Of a stretch of DNA of 64,000 bases, positions 56,558 to 64,000 are shown one piece after another (position 1 is the stretch's first letter; each line of letters starts with the position of its first letter). The stretch is from assembly GCA_951406725.2 (NCBI GenBank), contig OX597825.1:54808001-54872000 (forward strand). Direction: 5' to 3'. Origin of the DNA: Octopus vulgaris. Taxonomy: Eukaryota. The notes under the pieces were generated by a model. The model saw only the letters and a list, made by a program, of their open reading frames with translations, was not told where the DNA came from and searched no databases. Made by a program: the position numbers and the translations under genes.

Positions 56558-57397
56558 TGTATGCATATATATATATATATGAGTGTGTGTGTGTATATAT
56601 GAAAATACACCCGTGCATACGTACTCGTTTGTAATTGGTATGTATACTTTCTCTAGTTCATCTATATTTCTGTAAAAATTATATATATATATGTGTGTGT
56701 GTGTGTGTATTTTTATAGACTGATGTAAGTACACCCTATTCTTATAGGCTCATGGTTTATAAGAACTTTGTGAGAAACTGGAAATATATATATGTCTCTA
56801 TATATATATATTGTTTTTTATGCATTTGTATATTGTCTTTATTGTATTTCGTAATAATAAACATAATGAAAAAAAGATAATGAAATATTTTTTTTTTAGA
56901 AAATACAAGAAAAAACAAAGAAACAAAAACGAAACAAAGACATATAAGAAAATTAATAAAAAATTTCTTTTTTTAAAAATGCTAAATAATTAATGAAGGT
57001 AATTCTGCCAAGTCAACTGGTTCGTTAAAAATATTTGTAGGAGGTGAAATTTCCAATACCATTATGGTGTTGTTCTTCTTGTTGTTGCTGTTGTATTAGT
57101 GGTGGTGGTGGTAGTGGTGGTGGTGGTGGTATGTGGTGGTGGTGGTAGAAGTAGTTTGTAACATAATAGTTTTCATATGTGACTCTACCTGTCACCATGA
57201 AGAGGAAGAGTGGAGTTGGTAGGGCAGGTGGAAGGGTGGGTAGTTGAAGGTACATGGGTAAGTAGGGGAAGGGGTGAATCTTCTGTGTGGTGGTGGGGGA
57301 GGGGTTCGAGGCTGGGTGGTGGTGGTTGGTGGTGGGGGTGGGAGGTAATTGTCGAGGAAGTGAATCTATGATGTATGTGGCAGGAGGCATGTAACCA

Positions 57398-57504
57398 TTA
57401 CTGGTGCGCCAATATGCCGAACAACAAAGTAGTACATAGAATCTCAACCCAGTGTATTTGGAGAAGAGTACAGCCGTTACCGTCTGTACCCTGAATTGAG
57501 GTTC
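57398..57504 (-). CDS. Probable terminal coding exon of a GPI-anchored cell-surface protein (upstream exons not identified)
   Basis: Strong acceptor TTTTTTTTTCTTTTTCAG|GAACC. With a phase-1 intron it reads xTSIQGTDGNGCTLLQIHWVEILCTTLLFGILAHQ*: a small-residue omega-like site (DGNG), a spacer, then a hydrophobic terminus. The sequence is unique and higher in GC. The frame is inferred. Confidence 0.55.
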
Positions 57505-57576
57505 CTGAAAAAGAAAAAAAAAATTATTATTACACACACATAAAGACAGAGAGAGAGAGAAAGAGAGAAGAAAAAT

Positions 57577-58018
57577 GTAATCCTTTAGTATTCAGAGTTC
57601 TGTGTCATATCTAATACTTAATCATTTATATTGTTTTGAATTTAACCCTTTAATATTCAGATTACATTGTATTATAATTCTTATTTACTGACATTGTTCT
57701 GAATTAATCAGACATTTTCTTGTACCTTCAGGATTTTGATGATGTGATTGTATATCTCTTGAATGGCATTGTACCATTGGTGTGAGTGACTCAATCTGGT
57801 TGGTTTGAACATAAAACAGGTAGAATATTTGGGCTAGATTTGGCTAGTACAAATACTAATGGGTTAATCATGCATTATCATGTAGCTTTGAGATGTTTCA
57901 TGATGTGATTGTTTATTTTTAGAATGATATTGTAGGGTTTGTGTGACAGGCCAGATCAGGCAAGTTTGAACATAAAATAGGTGGAATATTTTGGCTGGCT
58001 TAAATGCCAAAGAGTATA
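57577..58018. mobile_element. piggyBac-type TTAA MITE with a second copy of itself nested inside
   Basis: Inner copy 57646-57863 (CCCTTTAATATT...AATACTAATGGG) is flanked by TTAA at 57642-57645 and 57864-57867. The outer halves rejoin into a colinear homolog. Confidence 0.8.
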
Positions 58019-59744
58019 CATTAGTGGAAGGCTGAATACATTAGTGGAAGGCTGAACTGAATAAATAAGCAGATAATCACAAAATTTATGAAAAATGAGG
58101 AAAATATTTTGGGATTAAATCAATTTTTAACATTGAAATGCATAATCAAAAACAACCAATAATATTTATTAATCCAAATAAACAAATTTTAAAACAACTA
58201 CATAATTGGTGCTTGCATATACCCATGTATTAAAATGAAAACTAGAATTATTTTGAAGGTTGAGAGCTTACATTATAGAGGTAGTTCAACTATGATGTCA
58301 ATTAAAGGGTTGTGGATTCAACTGTCATTAAGTTCTCACTATTTTTTCAAGGGTTCCTGTTGTTCAATTTACTCCATACATCTGCATTTATTTTTGGAGG
58401 TCGAAACCTAACTTTTTGCAGAAGACTGGAAGTTGCTCAGGCACACATGTCTCTTATCTCCATGCTACAAACATTTACCTAATGAGAAGACCACTGGCTT
58501 GGGTTAATACAATTGGCACCAGTGTTTATAATGTCTAATATGAAACCCTGTCAAAATTTAGACAAAGTAATCTCAAATCTACATTTTAATCAATCAAACC
58601 TCTATTTCTATCAATAATCTTGTAAATATAAAAACACCACAATTATTCTTTAAAGATTATTATTACCAGTAAAGTTATATGACGGCAATGAAGATGATGA
58701 TGATGATGATGATGATGATGCTAGATCCATTCAAATTAAACTCTGCCAAAATTATTTGTGATGTATACAGTGATCCTATTTCTAGTAGCAAATATGATGA
58801 CAAAAGCATTAAGTATATAAATAAATAAGTTATAAACATAAAAAATATTTTCATGTATGTATCAAACTAAAATATGAAATATCAATATGAATATAACCAA
58901 AATTTTGTGAGAAATTAGATGAGCAGAATATGATGGTTATGTCATGTTAACAAGAATAAAATGCAGAAAAGGTGACAGATTTAAATTGTGACTGGGTACA
59001 GTCATGGGTGTGAGGTCAAGCTCCTTTCTAACCATGTGGTTTTGGGATTGTTCTATTGTGCAGTAATTTAAGCAAGAATTTTCTCCCAAAGCAATAGGCC
59101 AACAAACACCTTGTGAGTTAATTTAGTAGAGACTGAAAAAAAAAAAAAAAAAAACCCACCCACACACACACATACACATATTTAAACATAACTGTGTGCA
59201 TGTGTGCATATTTGTTTACATTTAAAATTGCCTGTATGAAAGAATGCTGGATGCTTTTGATGTCAGTTTCTCCTGTCAACAAAGCATCCATGCACTTTGT
59301 GTTTTTGAATCTGTGTGGACTAAACAATTAAGAGTTAGCTTCTGGAAGGACATTCACCTGTAAAACAATGCCTCACACTAAATATTCATGAAACCCAGGC
59401 AAGCATGGAAAAACAGACGAAAAACATAAAACGAATGAACAAGCTTATAAAAGATATCAGCCACATGATGAATGCAGGAGTGAGGATTTGTGCAGAATGA
59501 ACAAGTGACATGCTGGGTTGACAAGGACTAGAACTACATTCACATTAAATGATAATGGCATAAAAATTTGAGAGGGAGATTTGATGAGCTTAGGTAAGGG
59601 GTTAATGTTGAAAAATAAACCTCATTTGGTCACATTCCATGAGAGTATCTTGGTCAGCCTACGGACATTTCAGCCGACTGTCATATATATATGTGTGTGT
59701 GAGTGTACACACACTGATGTAAACATACGTGGATCAATTTTATA

Positions 59745-60055
59745 TCAATGTGATCACCGTGACCAACCAGGCTATTAGATGTTGCTACACATCACTGGAC
59801 ACAATGTGCTTCACATTGTTTTAGCCTTCAAATGACGCCACCCCGCTGGCTAAGCAAGCAGGCCAACAAAAGAAAAAGTGAGAGAAAGTTGTGGTGAAAG
59901 AGTACAGCAGGGATCGGCACCACCTCCTGCTGGAGCCTTGTGGAGCTTTAGGTGTTTTCACTCAATAAACACTCACAACGTCCAGTCTGGGAATCGAAAC
60001 CACGAGCCTAGGACAGCTAGTCCGCTGCCCTAACCACTGGGCCATTGCACCTCCA
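59745..60055 (-). mobile_element. tRNA-derived SINE, family D variant
   Basis: The part from ~59870 to 60055 is the reverse complement of 18271-18450. The 3' part differs. Confidence 0.75.
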
Positions 60056-62502
60056 CATCAATTATTCAAGCAGTGTGAGTCTATTGCCTGAACAAAATTT
60101 ATTCTGAAATTCTAAGTGATAACCAAATAGAAGCCACCACTTGATAAGCAAGCTATCATCTCCAAACACTTCACCAGTAGAGATAAATCAACAAGGAATC
60201 CTCTGAGTAGTTGCTCAGTCTGCAAGAAACAACAACCAGTGTGCTCTAAATCACACCATGCCATTTATAAAAATAAAATCACACCTAACAATGTAGTTTT
60301 AGATATCAAAAAGATAGGGTAGTCATAAGTGAAAGGCTTTTGAATTTACGTCTGCTCAATGAGAGATAACCTGAGGCTAAACAACACCTTTAGTGACATT
60401 GCCTTACAATTAAAATGTATATATTCTCTGCAATTTTCTGATGTCATTATAATGGTCTGTGATTGCTTGAGCTTGTCTATTCTACACCACTCCAGCTTTA
60501 TCTGACCACCCACACAGCAATATTTCCTCACAGACACCCACATCCAACACAAAAAGCTTGGCTTAATCCTTCTCGCCCCAGACCTATTCCCAGCTTCCTT
60601 AACATTAACTATTTCTGTCTCTCACTTGCTTTACCTTCTACAAGTCCTTTCACTCCTAGACAGGTACAGTATATAATCCAAACTGAAAATGTAGGAAACC
60701 CTACAAAGGCAGAGGGCACTGCCCCCTCTTTATCTGACTGGTGAAAGAAAAAGAAATCTCACCTTGACAATAATCCAACAATCACTACATATATCAGGAA
60801 AATGTTATCACCCTTTTCCATCCTTCAACAGGGACAAAACCTGATTAGAACCATCACTGTCCTGCATGGATAGGCACAGGCATGCCAAGAAGTTTGCCTT
60901 CCAACCACATGATTGTGGTTTCAGCACCTTGGGCAAATATTTTATCTAACACAGCATCAGGCTGACCAAAGGTTTGTGAATGGATTTGTTATACAGAAAC
61001 TGAAAGTTCATTGTTTATATATATGTGTGTGTGTGTGTGTGTGTAGTTATTAGGGTGTTGGAAGTGCAATCATAAAGTCATGGTTTTGAACCCCAGACAT
61101 GGCAGTATATCGTGTTCTTGAGCAAAACCTCTTCATTGTGCATTATTCCATTCCACTCAACTGCAAATGAATACCACCTACAGCTTAGTGTTAAACCTGT
61201 GATTGACTTGTGCCCCATTCAGGTGAAAATCTCGTACTTTCTTCCACTGAAACACCATAGAAACCAAAATAAACTCTGACTGAATAAAACTGTAGATTTG
61301 AGACAGAACAAAAATTTAAGGATGTTTATTGGTGAAGGTAATTTTTTATTTGCCCCAATTGAAGGAAACAGAATATAATTTACTAAACTGAACAGGAAGA
61401 ATATAGGGAATGAAAAGAGAGAAGAAAAAAATGGAAATCGGTAAATATTGAGAAGAGAATTGTAGCTTTTTCCAAATTGTCTGGTGACTATCTTGTGTTA
61501 AGTGAGAGGAGTTCTGGGGATTTTTAGAGAATGGAATCAAAAATGATGGATATCGGTTTTTGTCTGAATCATTTACAGTTACTTCCCTTTATAGTGGTTC
61601 AATAAAATAACTGCTCCCTTAATAATTCTCAAATATCGATAATTTACTGAGCAAGCCAGAGCACATGATATAAGCGCGCACGCGCACACACACATACACG
61701 GTCACATATATCACACACGTGCGCGCACGCAAGTATACATATTGTCAGATATACCACACTTACACTGCAATACACATTTACACATATACTTAGGTTTATA
61801 TGCAATAATACAATCATACACACACGTAAGAACACATACACATTCTGATGCACACACACACACACACAAATACTCACACGCAAATTACACACATTCAAAC
61901 AGAGAGAGGGGGGAGAGAGACAGACAGAGACAGAAAGATTTCATAGATATTCGATTATGTTCATATATTGATTTATGTAAATAAATCAGAGTATCATTGA
62001 GGGAGAAGTTATTTACTTGATGATTAACGAAGAATTAAAGGGAGATAACTGTATCAGACCTCGGCTGAAAGCGCATTTCTCAATACAACAGGCTTCTAAT
62101 GCTGTTAGTTTTCATTTTACTCCGCCTCATAACAGGGTCCGAATTTTAAACACTAGGGATTCTGTATCAACACGCATACACAGTCTACTAATTTTTAACG
62201 TTATTTAACATTCATTAAACACACTTATCTCGAGTGCATTAACGGCAGGAAAGTTTGGGTTTTAGAAGGGAGGAGGGAGAACCATAGTTATTTAGTCTAC
62301 CGAGTGTGAAGTAGATTGTGAATTGGCGAAAAGTTGATTGACGCTATGCATTATTTATAAGTGATAATTAATGAAAGAGCCTCTACATAAGCATTTGATC
62401 TATCTAAAATAGCAGGGAACGTACCTTTACATTACATCTTACTATCTTGAAAAGATTGCAGTGGTATGGAACTCAAGCCACAAGATAAGCATAGTTTCAA
62501 TA

Positions 62503-62576
<74 letters not shown>

Positions 62577-62770
62577 AGAGAGAGAGAGATACGTATATAT
62601 GTATGTTTGTGTATATAAATATGTGTGTGTACATATGTAAGAATGTAAATAATGAGAAAGTGAGATAGATATACATGCACATACAGACAGACACATACAT
62701 AAGTATTATATATATATATATATCATCATCATCATCGTTTAGCGTCCGTTTTCAATGCTAGCATGGGTTG

Positions 62771-62803
<33 letters not shown>

Positions 62804-62898
62804 AAAAAAAGCATTACCATAAAAAATGTATGAAGATATGTAAAGAATGAAGTAGGGAGTTCGAGGGGTAGAAGCCTCTCTGAGAAGAAATGCAATCA

Positions 62899-62929
<31 letters not shown>

Positions 62930-63664
62930 CATACATGCACACAAAATACACATACTGAGCAGAGACACAAACATATGTGCAAATAAGGATTCATACCATA
63001 GAAAGACAAAATGGACTTGACAAAACAAGAGGAGATACATGTGAAACAAAGTCACTGAAGAGGTCACATGATGTGTAACAAAAGAGGATAGACAAAGGAC
63101 ATTAAAAAAATAATAATAAAAATGAAGTGAAGATCAAGTATACAGTGCGTGTGTTTTTTAACTGGCAAAAATATGACCATCCCCATATATAACAATATAT
63201 ATAGTGTGTTTGTGTGCATGTGTGAGGATAGGTTTCATAAGAGTTTATATGTGGGGTTGCATGTTGTGGGTATGTGTGTCTGTGTTAGTGTCTTTTTTAA
63301 CCTGTACCTCTGCACCAATTTATAGGAGTTGATATTTTGTGACTTTTGACTTCTATGTTCTTTGTCTTTCAACTTATCTACAAAATGTTACTGATTTAGC
63401 AGAATAATTTTCCTACTTCAGGTGTCAACTTCAAGAATTGTATTAAAATACTGACCATCACAAGTTGCTTCTTCTATCCCTTTGCCCTCCATTAAACTTC
63501 CTTTCCTACACTTCCAGCACTTTCTACCTTTGTTTCCCTCACTTACCACCTTCTTGTATTAACCTTTTTTTTATTTACATATTTTCTCATTGATCTTCAT
63601 TTTATTTAGAAATCACATTTTATTATAGATATATTAGTCTTCAATTAATATATCTAAGTGTATA

Positions 63665-63870
63665 AGGTGGCGAGCAGGCAGAAATGTTAGCATGCTGGGT
63701 GAAATGCTTAGTGGTATTTCATCTGTCTTTACATTCTGAGTTCAAATTCCACTAAGGTCGACTCTGACTTTCATCCTTTCAGGCTCGATAAATTAACTAA
63801 CAGTTGCGTAATGGAGTCGATCTAATCGACTGGTCCCCTCCCCAAAACTTTCAGGCCTTGAAAAGAATAT
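63665..63870 (+). mobile_element. Family C SINE
   Basis: Colinear with the 25149 copy, with CpG-type decay. Confidence 0.8.
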
Positions 63871-64000
63871 CTCTATGTGTATGTGTGTATCTATTTTATT
63901 CATTTACTAATATATTTTTATTTCTCATCCTGTTTACTACTATGTAGTTCAGTCATTTATTTTTTTTCCTTCATCTTTCTTACTTGCTTTCTTTCTGAAA

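Noticed and set aside
57080-57350. G-quadruplex or polyproline-coding tract
   Set aside because: Mostly (GGT)n low-complexity sequence. It is C-rich on the inferred sense strand and lies downstream of the preferred stop codon, so no independent function is supported.

Overview
This is AT-rich, microsatellite-saturated eukaryotic genomic DNA. The repeat landscape (tRNA-derived SINEs with internal (TA)n/(TG)n, RTE, Penelope, R4/Dong and maT remnants) suggests a coleoid cephalopod, probably Octopus; this is an inference from recognised repeat families, not a database result. Almost every ORF in the supplied track is a microsatellite artefact. The only convincing host-gene signal is a minus-strand terminal exon at 57398-57504 with a strong splice acceptor and a GPI-signal-like C-terminus, probably followed by a long 3' UTR. 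The rest is decayed mobile DNA: an R4/Dong LINE embedded in (TAA)n and interrupted by a Chapaev3-like transposase, a DD37D/maT transposon, an L1/Tx1-like ORF1 fragment, RTE fragments (one carrying a young 35-bp x10 array), several Penelope-like remnants, a self-nested TTAA MITE and many SINEs. The most notable unexplained structure is a recurring set of minimal hammerhead-ribozyme-like motifs, three of them in inverted pairs. There is also a perfect 37-bp hairpin and a near-identical 84-bp inverted copy 4.9 kb from its partner. No CRISPR array, rRNA or true tRNA gene is supported.
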